DNA of 54,225 nucleotides from a virus (Duplodnaviria > Caudoviricetes), in the IMG/VR virus record IMGVR_UViG_3300047562_002142, positions 1 through 54,225 of that record. One strand, 5' to 3'. Shown here piece after piece: positions 45,100-54,225 of this stretch. Position 1 is the stretch's first letter. The number at the start of each line of letters is the position of its first letter. The notes under the pieces are model-generated. The model saw nothing but the letters and a program-made list of their open reading frames with translations, made no database searches and was not told the DNA's origin. The position numbers were made by a program, and so were the translations under genes.

Positions 45100-46404
45100 A
45101 TGGCGAAAAATCGCATTACATTCACAGATGATTTCGTCTTAAAAAACGAAAAAGTCGGTATTGGAACGACAGATCCAACCGCAACATTAACTGTTATTGG
45201 TGATACTAACATCTCCGGTGTTGTAACTGCGTCTTCATTTTCTGGAACTATTGTTGGTAATGTTTCAGTTAACAATATTGGACTGATTGGTGCGGGAGAA
45301 ACAACACTCACAACAAAAATTGCAAATCAGGCTATTGATTCTTATCCATCAGCATCGTTCTTAAGTTCCCGTTACAATGTTTCAATTGCTTGCACTGGAC
45401 AATTAACAGGAAGTTATGAGACTCCAAGCACAGCATCAGTAACAAGTCTTGTTGGTGGACAGTTTTATATTCCAGGAACCTATTACAATATTCCACTAAC
45501 ATCAACAACTGGTGTGGGAACAGATGGTCGTATCAATGCAACTGTTGATGGAACAACCGCAACTGTTGGTATTACATCTGCATATAATGTGCTAGTCACA
45601 ACATCAGAACACGGAATTGGAACAGGTCAACCAGTATCATTTGCTTCCAGTATTCTAAGAGCAGAATATGTTACATTAGTTGAAAACGATATATTATACA
45701 CACCAGTTGCTCACGGTATTGGAACAAGTGAAGCAGTTTCATTTGGATCCAGTATTTTTGATAGTTCTTATACTGGTATTGCAGTAACAGCAGGAGCAGG
45801 AACTACATATTATGCAACAGGTACTGGTTCAACAAGTTTTACTATAGAATCTTCAATTGGTGGTGGACAAATCACAGGAATTGGAACCACAACATTTGCT
45901 GATCCGGGAAATAGAGTAAGTTTTTCTGGTTATTCAGTAGATGCCGGAACAATTTATTATGCAACAGGAACTGGAACCACAACATTTACATTGACATCAG
46001 AAAGCACTGGTATTGGAACTGTTGTTGGTATTGCAATATCAACTGGACTTTCAATTGGTGCAACGATTTCTGGTGGTGTAAGTTCTGTCCAAGTTGTATT
46101 CCCAGGTTCTAGTTATGCAATCAATGATATTGTAGGAATAAGTACAGGAACATTATTGAATAGTGTAGTTGGAACAGGATTTAGTTTTACAATTAATCAG
46201 GTATCAACGAATCGTCAAAGTAATGATTTTTCTGTGATTGCAGCAAATAGTGGTGTTGATTATATCGAATCAATGTCTTTTGCAACAAATACTTATCTTG
46301 GTGCTGTTGGAGTAAGAACTTCTGGTAGTAATACAGAATTAACATTTAATCCATATTTCAAAAATCTTAACATTAAATATACTCGTAACTCCATAGAAAG
46401 ATGA
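45100..46404 (+). CDS. Fibre-like structural protein, partial paralogue of 36070..39033
   Basis: VGIGTT.P...L.V.G; shares S.RYN, VGTGFSFT and L.F.P....IK.TR segments. Confidence 0.65.
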   Translation: MAKNRITFTDDFVLKNEKVGIGTTDPTATLTVIGDTNISGVVTASSFSGTIVGNVSVNNIGLIGAGETTLTTKIANQAIDSYPSASFLSSRYNVSIACTGQLTGSYETPSTASVTSLVGGQFYIPGTYYNIPLTSTTGVGTDGRINATVDGTTATVGITSAYNVLVTTSEHGIGTGQPVSFASSILRAEYVTLVENDILYTPVAHGIGTSEAVSFGSSIFDSSYTGIAVTAGAGTTYYATGTGSTSFTIESSIGGGQITGIGTTTFADPGNRVSFSGYSVDAGTIYYATGTGTTTFTLTSESTGIGTVVGIAISTGLSIGATISGGVSSVQVVFPGSSYAINDIVGISTGTLLNSVVGTGFSFTINQVSTNRQSNDFSVIAANSGVDYIESMSFATNTYLGAVGVRTSGSNTELTFNPYFKNLNIKYTRNSIER

Positions 46405-48359
46405 TGTCTAATATTTTCTCAAGTTCTGGTGGTTTAGGTTATCCACAGCATTTCCCAGAGACTAGTATTGACTTTTTAAATAATCGTTCTATTCCACTAG
46501 AATATAACTTCACAAGAAATAGTAGTGGTGCTTATGTTGGTGCTGATGGTTATATAAAGACTGCGGCTACTAATGAACCTAGATTTGATTATGACCCTAT
46601 TACTGGTGAGTTTAAGGGTTTATTGGTTGAGGAGAGTAGGACTAATACAATACAAACTTCTTCAAATTTCAACATACCAGATACAAGTCCAAATTCTATT
46701 AATTACAATTCTATTGGATCCTATTTTAATGCAACTTATACAAAAATTTTAAATAGTGGGCCTGCTCCAGATAATACCAACACAGCACTTCTTACAATAA
46801 CTACCGACATAAACACAGAAAATAACAAAATTGAATTTGGATCGGTAGGTATGTCTCCGGGAACATATTCACATTCATTTTTTTATAAAAATTCCAATGT
46901 TTTAGATAGGTCAATAACTGGATTTTTATATGGAAACAGCACTACTTCTGACGAAGGGATTGCAGTTTCTTTTAGTGTAGATTCTTCGGGAATACCAAGC
47001 AATTCTTCTCTAAGAACAATTCTATATCCAAATGGATGGACAAGACTTATATACATACAAACATCAAATGTTACAAGAACTCAGGGTAGATTATTTGAAA
47101 TTCAACTCAAAACTAATAAAATTGGTTCACAAATGTTATTTTGGGGGTTTCAAAATGAGTCAGGATTATTCCCCACCTCCTATATTCCCACATCAGGTTC
47201 AGCAGTAACAAGACAACCAGACCAACTAATCCTTAATAAACCATTTAATTCTTTAGGAACTTTCTTTGTTGAATCAAATCAAACAAGAGGAACCACATTA
47301 TCAGCAGACAATGGAACTTCAAATATTCTTATGAGTTCTACAGGAAAAGAAGCACTATACTACAACACCAATAGAACTCTAAGAATGCCCAGTGATTCTA
47401 CACCATCATTAATAAACACAACAACACCACAAGACCTCAATAGAGTTTCATTGGGATTCAATAGACTCACTAATTCAAGTTACATCAATGGATACCTAAA
47501 GAAATTTATGTATTATGGTTCTCCAATAACAGAAGACAACTTAAGGTCTTTAACTGGTAATACATTAGATACTTATAGATATAATAATGATGGTATAGTA
47601 ACTAATGGTCTTGTATTGAATCTTGATGCTGCATATTATGATGGAGGAACCACTTGGACTGATTTGAGTGGGTTGAGCAATAATGGAACTCTTGTGAATG
47701 GTGTTGGGTATGATAGTGCTAATGGTGGGTCTTTGAGTTTTGATGGGGTTGATGATTATATAAACTTTGGGGACATTTTTAATGATGTATTTGCTGGTGT
47801 AGATAAAAAATTCGCAATTAGTTCTTGGGTAAACTATAATACATTAAAACCAACTGGTAATGTAATTTTATCAAAGTCGGGAGATATTACCTTCGATGAA
47901 AATGAAAGGCAAATATACCTTTCAGTAAGAAATCCATCAAATGATTATGGGTCATTTGAACTTGAATTTTTAACATATTTTAATCCGGCGGGAGCGCCCT
48001 TCCAGCCTGGCAGCAATTATGCGGGATATAGAACAGTAAACGCCAATATACAAACAAATCAATACTATAACTTTGTAGTTTCTTATGACGGTAGTATTGA
48101 TGATAGTGGTAGGTATTCTTTATTTGTAAATGGAATTCAATATAATGTTACTCCCACTATTACTGCTGGAGGATTGGAAAATATACAACCAGGAAATGCA
48201 AGAATGTCTATAGGTGCTGTAATAGGAGTAAAAGATGAAAATTCTCCATATGGATTACTAGATGGCAAAATACCACAAGTCTCAGTCTACAATAGAGTAC
48301 TTACAGCATCAGAAGTCCAACAAAACTTCAATACCCTTCGAGGACGCTTTGGGATATAA
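46401..48359 (+). CDS. Receptor-binding-like protein with a C-terminal LamG/concanavalin-like domain, paralogue A
   Basis: EPRFDYDP.TGE.KGLL.EE, PTSYIPT.G..VTR, GLVL.LDA, YNR.LT..E.QQNFN..RGRFGI. Confidence 0.75.
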   Translation: MMSNIFSSSGGLGYPQHFPETSIDFLNNRSIPLEYNFTRNSSGAYVGADGYIKTAATNEPRFDYDPITGEFKGLLVEESRTNTIQTSSNFNIPDTSPNSINYNSIGSYFNATYTKILNSGPAPDNTNTALLTITTDINTENNKIEFGSVGMSPGTYSHSFFYKNSNVLDRSITGFLYGNSTTSDEGIAVSFSVDSSGIPSNSSLRTILYPNGWTRLIYIQTSNVTRTQGRLFEIQLKTNKIGSQMLFWGFQNESGLFPTSYIPTSGSAVTRQPDQLILNKPFNSLGTFFVESNQTRGTTLSADNGTSNILMSSTGKEALYYNTNRTLRMPSDSTPSLINTTTPQDLNRVSLGFNRLTNSSYINGYLKKFMYYGSPITEDNLRSLTGNTLDTYRYNNDGIVTNGLVLNLDAAYYDGGTTWTDLSGLSNNGTLVNGVGYDSANGGSLSFDGVDDYINFGDIFNDVFAGVDKKFAISSWVNYNTLKPTGNVILSKSGDITFDENERQIYLSVRNPSNDYGSFELEFLTYFNPAGAPFQPGSNYAGYRTVNANIQTNQYYNFVVSYDGSIDDSGRYSLFVNGIQYNVTPTITAGGLENIQPGNARMSIGAVIGVKDENSPYGLLDGKIPQVSVYNRVLTASEVQQNFNTLRGRFGI

Positions 48360-48386
48360 TAAATACTTGCAATAACCATAAGAACA

Positions 48387-48839
48387 ATGTATAAAGATTA
48401 TTATTTAAGATTTCCTGATAAACAAACTGCACTTGATGAGTTTTCAGTCATTGGACTCACAGTAGAACTTTCCTCACCTGAAGTGATTTACTCTAGTCCA
48501 GTTGCAATTGGTTCTACATCATTCTTCAATGAAGAAACACAAGAAGAAGAAATTGTTCCTGTTTTTGATGAACCAGTCGCAATTGCAACTTACACAAAAG
48601 CAATCATCACACAAACACCAAATGCAGCAGTTGATGAAGTTGGTGTGATTTATACTGAAGGTGTTTATGAGACAAATGAAGAAACAGGTGAAATCATAGA
48701 AATCACTCCAGCAGAACCACTTGAAGGATATCATTACAACTATCGTATTGTCTGGGGACAAGCAGAAGAAATTCCACTTGCAGACAATCTAGTTTCTTAT
48801 CTTGTAACACCACAACAACCAGTTAGACGATTCTTCTAA
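48387..48839 (+). CDS. Acidic fibre-associated protein
   Basis: DYYLRF.D...D.VG.IY...GYH.N.R...P..PVR.F. Confidence 0.65.
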   Translation: MYKDYYLRFPDKQTALDEFSVIGLTVELSSPEVIYSSPVAIGSTSFFNEETQEEEIVPVFDEPVAIATYTKAIITQTPNAAVDEVGVIYTEGVYETNEETGEIIEITPAEPLEGYHYNYRIVWGQAEEIPLADNLVSYLVTPQQPVRRFF

Positions 48840-48841
48840 AA

Positions 48842-49198
48842 ATGGCAGACATCATCGGTTACGAACCAAATCAAATACCAGTCAATGGATTTCTTGGAGA
48901 ACTTGCATACCAAAGTAGTGGTGGTGCAACAATTGATAAAATCCAATCTAAGGTTGGTATCACTACAAATATAGAATTACAACCCAATGGTGGTGGTGTT
49001 GTTGTTGGGGTTTCAACAGTTCAATTAGGAACAACAGCAACCACTGGATTCTTTTATCTACCAACCTGTAATGGTGCTCCAACGGGAATAGCACAGACAT
49101 TAGGAACTGGTGTAGTTCCAATGGTTGTTGATACTGCAAATAGTCGTTTATATATTCGTATTGGGTCTACCTGGAAATACGCAAGTCTAACATCATAA
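48842..49198 (+). CDS. Small fibre-associated protein
   Basis: IG..PNQIP.NG.LG.LAYQ; D..N.RLY...G..W. Confidence 0.6.
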   Translation: MADIIGYEPNQIPVNGFLGELAYQSSGGATIDKIQSKVGITTNIELQPNGGGVVVGVSTVQLGTTATTGFFYLPTCNGAPTGIAQTLGTGVVPMVVDTANSRLYIRIGSTWKYASLTS

Positions 49199-49211
49199 GG
49201 AGTTATAAAAA

Positions 49212-51053
49212 ATGAATTTTGGTAGTTCTTCTCCTCTTGGTAATGCATTGTCTTATCCAAAAGCAAGACCACAATATGACTTGAATTTAATAAGAAATAA
49301 ATTCATTCCACCAGAATACACTTTTACAAGAAACAGTCCTGGAACTTATGTTGGTGCTGATGGTTATATAAAAACTGCTGCTGCTAATGAACCTAGGTTT
49401 GATTATGACCCTATTACTGGTGAGTTTAAGGGTTTATTGGTTGAAGAACAACTTACTAATATATTCAGAAATCATTCTACTTTTAGTGGTCAATCTTGTG
49501 CAGCATCGACATCTAATTTAAATTGGACTCAAAATAGTATTAGCGTATCTACCAATCAAACTATAGCACCAGATGGTACTTTATCTGCAGCAAGACTTAC
49601 ACCTAATGCAAATAATGGATATTTAGCATCAAACGCAGCGGGATATCCAACTGCTTTTGGGGTTGATGTAGGGACACAAAGATGTTTATCTATTTTTGCG
49701 AAAGCAGGATCTGTAAGCGGAGCTTACTTTCAACAAGGTGGGGGAAGTGATTACGGATATACTTTTAACATAGGAACAAATGATCCAGAGCAGATATTTC
49801 AATTTGGATATTCTATAAAATACCCAAATGGTTGGTTTAGATTAGTATTATCACGCTACGCATTTAACGGTGGTGCACTATTAATTAGACCATCACCTTC
49901 AACCGCAGGAAGTAGTATTTTTATATGGGGACCTCAAGGAGAAATAGCAGAAAGAGCAAGTTCTTATATCTCTGCACCAGGAAATAGTAATGTAACAAGA
50001 CAACCAGACCAACTAATCCTTAATAAACCATTTAATTCTTTAGGAACTTTCTTCGTAGAAGCAACACCAACAACAGGAACAGTACTATCAGCAGACAATG
50101 GAACCTCAGGTCTAGTAATGAGTTCCACAGGAAAAGAAGCATTATACTACAACACCAATAGAACCCTAAGAATGCCCAGTGATTCTATACCAGCATTATT
50201 TAATTCATCAGCACCACAAGACCTCAATAGAGTTTCATTAGGACATAATGCACTTTATAACTCAAGTTACATTAATGGATACCTAAAGAAGTTTATGTAT
50301 TATGGTTCTCCAGTAACAGAAGACAACTTAAGGTCTTTAACTGGTAATATATTAGATACTTATAGACATAATAATGATGGTATAGTAACTAATGGTTTAG
50401 TATTACACCTTGATGCAGGAAATCCAGAATCTTATCTTGGTTCTGGAACCACTTGGACTGATTTAAGTGGTAATGGGAATAATGGCACTTTAAATGGACC
50501 AACTTATAGTAGTGCTAATGGTGGGTCTTTGAGTTTTGATGGGAGTAATGATTTGATGAATTTAAATTCTTCTTTAAATTTATCAACTAACTCCGGATTT
50601 ACTATGTGCTTGTTTTTGCAACAAAATATTACACAATCAAATAGCACTTGGAATTATTTTCATTCAAAAAATAGTCCGCAAATAGAAATAGGAGCATATG
50701 GGACTTCGGCAACATCATTTATTTTTAAGGATAATTCCACAAATTCTTCAGTTTCTTCTAATAATATTGTTTCATCTTGGTCTTATATTGTCTTTGGTAC
50801 AAATCCAACCACAAGAACTCCATTTATACAAACTTTTAATTCTTCTGGTAACTTTTTATCTACAAGTCCAACAGCATTTTCCAATACTACAATAGGATTT
50901 GAAAGGTTATTCAGTACTGGTACTGGTGGGGGTCCTGCAGGAACTCAATATTATGGGGCAAAATGTGCGATCATTCAAGCATACAACAGAGTACTAACCC
51001 CACAAGAAATCCAACAAAACTTCAATGCACTTCGTGGTCGTTTTGGAATCTAA
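49212..51053 (+). CDS. Receptor-binding-like LamG protein, paralogue B
   Basis: Same architecture as 46401..48359 with near-identical DNA blocks. Confidence 0.75.
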   Translation: MNFGSSSPLGNALSYPKARPQYDLNLIRNKFIPPEYTFTRNSPGTYVGADGYIKTAAANEPRFDYDPITGEFKGLLVEEQLTNIFRNHSTFSGQSCAASTSNLNWTQNSISVSTNQTIAPDGTLSAARLTPNANNGYLASNAAGYPTAFGVDVGTQRCLSIFAKAGSVSGAYFQQGGGSDYGYTFNIGTNDPEQIFQFGYSIKYPNGWFRLVLSRYAFNGGALLIRPSPSTAGSSIFIWGPQGEIAERASSYISAPGNSNVTRQPDQLILNKPFNSLGTFFVEATPTTGTVLSADNGTSGLVMSSTGKEALYYNTNRTLRMPSDSIPALFNSSAPQDLNRVSLGHNALYNSSYINGYLKKFMYYGSPVTEDNLRSLTGNILDTYRHNNDGIVTNGLVLHLDAGNPESYLGSGTTWTDLSGNGNNGTLNGPTYSSANGGSLSFDGSNDLMNLNSSLNLSTNSGFTMCLFLQQNITQSNSTWNYFHSKNSPQIEIGAYGTSATSFIFKDNSTNSSVSSNNIVSSWSYIVFGTNPTTRTPFIQTFNSSGNFLSTSPTAFSNTTIGFERLFSTGTGGGPAGTQYYGAKCAIIQAYNRVLTPQEIQQNFNALRGRFGI

Positions 51054-51068
51054 ATACAAGAAACTAAT

Positions 51069-51248
51069 ATGACAACTCTTCCTGCAACTCTACTTCTTAT
51101 TGAGACTGGGAACTATAAGGACTTTGAGAATACTTGGACTGCAATTGAAACTGCAACCACAGTTCCTTCTGCCCTGATTACTGAAATGACCGCACTTGCA
51201 GAGTCTTGTAATCTTCCTCAAGAGTTTGTAAGCGTTTTTGCTACATAA
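51069..51248 (+). CDS. Small hypothetical protein, 59 aa, not in the ORF track
   Basis: MTTLPATLLLIETG...LAESCNLPQEFVSVFAT*; after CTAAATA and before a terminator. Confidence 0.5.
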   Translation: MTTLPATLLLIETGNYKDFENTWTAIETATTVPSALITEMTALAESCNLPQEFVSVFAT

Positions 51249-51274
51249 TCACCCAGAGTCATAAGACCACACAT

Positions 51275-51306
51275 AAGAACCACCAAAACCAGATGGTTCT
51301 TTTTTT
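51275..51306 (+). terminator. Intrinsic terminator ending the structural block
   Basis: AAGAACCA / TGGTTCTT stem followed by a T run. Confidence 0.7.
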
Positions 51307-51393
51307 GTACCACAAAGAAAACTGTCCACCGATTCATCAGACTTCACCGAGACACCACTATCATAAAACCACACAAGACCAAACCACATCAAA

Positions 51394-51579
51394 ATGGAGT
51401 TCAGCAGACTAGATAGAATTATATTCATTGGATCATTTCTTTGGTTCATGCACTGGAGTCTTATCAGCTTGTATCTCCTTATGATGCTGATCATTCAGCG
51501 GTATGATACCATTGAAAATCTGAGAGCACGCTTCGTTGAACTCTGGCAAGACCGTTGGGCACAAAATGAAATTTTCTGA
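51394..51579 (+). CDS. Small hydrophobic hypothetical protein
   Basis: ORF after an AACTGTCCAC / TATCAT promoter-like motif; hydrophobic N-terminal half. Confidence 0.45.
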   Translation: MEFSRLDRIIFIGSFLWFMHWSLISLYLLMMLIIQRYDTIENLRARFVELWQDRWAQNEIF

Positions 51580-51832
51580 TCTTGAGTTTGAGCCACATCC
51601 TGATTGGGATGGTGTTCAGGCAGTTAACTTTTTTGAAAACGGCTATGGTACAAGTGTCATTATGAGTCCATATTCTTATGGTGGCTCTGATGGTCTTTAT
51701 GAAATTGCTGTTCTCGTAGGAACAGAAGAAGAATGGGAAATTTGCTATGACACTCCTATTACTGATGATGTTCTTGGGTATCTCACCAGAGAAGATGTAG
51801 AATCTATTTTGAATCAAGTTGAGGCACTTTAA
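51566..51832 (+). CDS. Conserved phage hypothetical protein (start moved to ATG 51566)
   Basis: F.NGYG.SVI....SYGG..GLYEIAVL...YDTPITDDV.GYL motif. Confidence 0.75.
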   Translation: MKFSDLEFEPHPDWDGVQAVNFFENGYGTSVIMSPYSYGGSDGLYEIAVLVGTEEEWEICYDTPITDDVLGYLTREDVESILNQVEAL

Positions 51833-51834
51833 TC

Positions 51835-52272
51835 ATGAAAAAAGTAATTTATAACGCCTGCTACGGAGGCTTCAGTCTCTCTAAAGAAGCCTGTCAACGC
51901 TATTGGGAAATCAAAGGACAGAAAGTTTGGATTGAGGATGACGAAAAATACCCTTCATTTGGTATTTGGACTGTTTGGTTGGTTCCTCCTGAAGAACGAA
52001 TGAAACAAAAATCCACTGAAGAGTTCAACTCTATGAGTATGAAAGAACGAATTGCCTACAACGAAGCATACTCGGCACAATCTTGGTATGACTGTGATGT
52101 TGACCGCCACGATCCTGTTCTTGTTCAAGTTGTAGAGGAACTGGGCGATAAGGCAGGTGGACAATTTGCCAAACTTCGTATTGCTGAAGTTTCTGGTGCT
52201 TACAGAATTACGGAATACGACGGATATGAAAGCGTAGAAACTCCTGATAGTTGTGATTGGATTACTCCCTGA
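51835..52272 (+). CDS. Conserved phage hypothetical protein
   Basis: KV..N.CYGGF.LS and RHDP.LVQVVEELG..A.G..A.L...I.EYDG.E motifs. Confidence 0.8.
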   Translation: MKKVIYNACYGGFSLSKEACQRYWEIKGQKVWIEDDEKYPSFGIWTVWLVPPEERMKQKSTEEFNSMSMKERIAYNEAYSAQSWYDCDVDRHDPVLVQVVEELGDKAGGQFAKLRIAEVSGAYRITEYDGYESVETPDSCDWITP

Positions 52273-52326
52273 CACTCTCTAAACTGGCACAGGGGTCTCT
52301 CACGACCCCACCAGATACCCTATAAT
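52271..52326 (+). promoter_or_regulatory. Early-type promoter module: AACTGGCACA box, hairpin, TATAAT
   Basis: Box 52282-52291, GGGGTC/GACCCC hairpin, TATAAT 52321-52326. Confidence 0.7.
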
Positions 52327-52347
52327 AACTTCAGTTCAAACAAACCA

Positions 52348-52647
52348 ATGGCACCAAAAATTTCAATCGGTAGAGAACAAGCAATTCAGTTTTACGATAC
52401 TGAATGGTGGAAAGGAAGGTCATATCGTGAGATTGCTTTCTACCAACTTTTTACTGTGGAACTGATGTGTCCTTTTGATGTATTTCATGAAGCAGTTGAA
52501 AAATCTCTTGGTCGTCCAGTTTTCACTCATGAATTTGGATTGAATTATGATGGTCTTTGTCAAGAATTTCTTGGAGAAAAAAGTTCCCCTTTGCTTCGAG
52601 AAGTTCTGAATCTTATCCCCGAAAACAAACGAATTATCTTAAAATGA
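52348..52647 (+). CDS. Hypothetical protein
   Basis: QLF...L..PF..FHEA.E..LGRPVFTHEF motif; follows the promoter. Confidence 0.75.
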   Translation: MAPKISIGREQAIQFYDTEWWKGRSYREIAFYQLFTVELMCPFDVFHEAVEKSLGRPVFTHEFGLNYDGLCQEFLGEKSSPLLREVLNLIPENKRIILK

Positions 52648-52784
52648 CACCACAAGAAATTGCCGACAAACAACTGAATATTTGTGCTGAGTGGATTGCT
52701 TTCAATCTACAACCAACACAACAGCGTCCAACAGACCAACAAATCCAACGGATGAAGAAAGAGTGTAAACTTGATTTGAAATGA
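52644..52784 (+). CDS. Small hypothetical protein (start ATG 52644)
   Basis: ATGA overlaps at both ends. Confidence 0.55.
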   Translation: MTPQEIADKQLNICAEWIAFNLQPTQQRPTDQQIQRMKKECKLDLK

Positions 52785-52942
52785 TCGCACGAATTTTAGG
52801 TGTTTGTGGAGGAATCTTTCTGATTCTTCTAATTCTTATGGCGAGGGGAATTCCAGTTCTCTTCTTTATGAAGATGCTGCCCCTTATTCTTCTTTTTTTG
52901 ATTGCTGTTGCCCTTATCTGGGCAGGTATTACTACTGACTGA
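52781..52942 (+). CDS. 53-aa two-helix membrane protein, not in the ORF track
   Basis: MIARILGVCGGIFLILLILMARGIPVLFFMKMLPLILLFLIAVALIWAGITTD*. Confidence 0.65.
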   Translation: MIARILGVCGGIFLILLILMARGIPVLFFMKMLPLILLFLIAVALIWAGITTD

Positions 52943-52963
52943 TCTTTACTTTTTTATTAAATT

Positions 52964-53779
52964 ATGTCTACTGGAAAAATCATCGTTGGTGCTGGTGCTG
53001 CTGTTCTTGCACTACTAATCACTGCTGGTCAATTCACTACCATTAATACTGGAGAAAATGGTCTATACATTAGTTGGGATGGTAAAGTAAAAAATGAAAT
53101 TTTAAATCCTGGGATTAAATATGATGGCCTGGGAAGCATCAAAGTGTTTAACACTCGTAAGATCACGGTACAATCTAATGATCTAACACCCAAGACACAA
53201 GACAACACCATCATGAAAGATATGGATGTTGTTGTTACTTATAGTCTATCTCCAACTTCTCTATTCGATTTTTACACCGGATATGATATTTCGAATCATG
53301 GTGTAGCTGACAGCGGACAAATTGAATTAATGTCAAGTTTTATCAAGCGTCTCATTACCTCTGCAGTAAATCAATCTGTTGATGAATATCCTGCACTGGA
53401 AGTAAACTCTAGTCTCGATAAGATCCAGGATACCATCAAACAAAATCTCAACCTGGCACTAGAAAAAAATAATCTTGCTGGTAAGATCCAGATTGAGTCT
53501 GTAGTAGTTGTAAAAGCAGATCTACCTGAAGATCTAGTTGCTGCAGTGAATCGTGTTGTGACTGCTCAATCACAAGAAAAAGAACAAATTGTGAAGAACC
53601 GTACTGCCGAACTAAAGGCAAATGAGAATAAGTCTCTGTCCTCGACTCTTACTCCATCATACCTTGAATATCAGCGTAACCTTATTCTCCAGGAAGCTAT
53701 GAAGAATGGTAGCATCCAGAAGATCCTGATCAACGGTGCTCCTGTCCTGTCCATCGGTGACGCGGTGATCGGCAAGTGA
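52964..53779 (+). CDS. SPFH / Band 7 / prohibitin-family membrane protein
   Basis: N-terminal TM helix, I.TGE.G.....G......PG, T.D.....DV.V.Y, C-terminal coiled coil. Confidence 0.85.
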   Translation: MSTGKIIVGAGAAVLALLITAGQFTTINTGENGLYISWDGKVKNEILNPGIKYDGLGSIKVFNTRKITVQSNDLTPKTQDNTIMKDMDVVVTYSLSPTSLFDFYTGYDISNHGVADSGQIELMSSFIKRLITSAVNQSVDEYPALEVNSSLDKIQDTIKQNLNLALEKNNLAGKIQIESVVVVKADLPEDLVAAVNRVVTAQSQEKEQIVKNRTAELKANENKSLSSTLTPSYLEYQRNLILQEAMKNGSIQKILINGAPVLSIGDAVIGK

Positions 53780-53834
53780 CGCCCTAACAACTGGCACATG
53801 AGGACACCAACAGGTGTCCTTTTTCTTGTATAAT
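53778..53834 (+). promoter_or_regulatory. Early-type promoter module with a nested terminator-like hairpin
   Basis: AACTGGCACA 53789-53798; AGGACACC-AACA-GGTGTCCT-TTTT; TATAAT 53829-53834. Confidence 0.7.
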
Positions 53835-53856
53835 ACCAACAGTTGAACCAAACTCT

Positions 53857-54063
53857 ATGGCAACGAAAGTGAAAAAACATCTTATTAATGTTGCACCAAA
53901 AAGCAGCAAAGCTAAGAATCGGTTTAAAAATATCATGGATTCTTTTCATGCAATGGAAGTAGAACAAGAAACTGATACACAATTCTTTGTGGTTTCTATT
54001 AATCGCAAATATTGTTTTTGGATGCTCCGTGAAAATGACCCCCACTGGGAAATAATTAAATAA
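53857..54063 (+). CDS. Small hypothetical protein
   Basis: V.PKSSKAKNRF.N.M...VEQE....F..S.N..Y.FW....D.HW. Confidence 0.75.
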   Translation: MATKVKKHLINVAPKSSKAKNRFKNIMDSFHAMEVEQETDTQFFVVSINRKYCFWMLRENDPHWEIIK

Positions 54064-54225
54064 ATAATATCGCCTGCTGAATGTATATCAGTTATTTCGA
54101 TTCTTTGCAACTGTTGCGCGTGCAGGTGCAAAAATAATGGATATAAGTATGGAATGTTCATAATAAAAAATCTAAAAATCACAGAGGTATTGTCTCTGTT
54201 GAAAAAATATGATATTATGAATTTT

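Noticed and set aside
41608-45100. A complete DGR in this window
   Set aside because: No reverse transcriptase ORF, Avd-like gene or second copy of the putative variable region was found by eye
54064-54225. Possible gene or RNA at the window end
   Set aside because: Too short and truncated to support a call

Overview
A 54 kb stretch of an AT-rich T4-like myovirus whose gene content and order point to a cyanomyovirus (Kyanoviridae-like; the host is inferred, not shown). It runs from the replication and late-transcription genes (g33 fragment, g59, g32), through baseplate, tail-tube, hub and tape-measure-like genes, a small tRNA and homing-endonuclease island at ~21.6-24.4 kb and a ~27 kb block of large fibre and receptor-binding genes, into an early-type region of small ORFs and an SPFH gene. 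Most notable observations: (1) a tRNA-Leu(UAA) gene split at U34^A35 by an apparently intact, ORF-less 218-nt group I intron, ~0.9 kb from a free-standing HNH endonuclease (candidate collaborative homing); (2) a neighbouring Leu-type tRNA whose anticodon loop is only 5 nt; (3) a candidate -1 programmed frameshift (T_TTT_TTC) joining gp26 to a gp51-like frame with no start codon, in tube / chaperone / tape-measure order; (4) a receptor-binding cassette (7 near-identical propeller blades plus a DGR-target-like C-type-lectin domain) bracketed by identical 46-bp hairpin repeats resembling IS200/IS605 ends, with a third covarying copy nearby. All protein calls come from motif recognition and synteny, not database searches.
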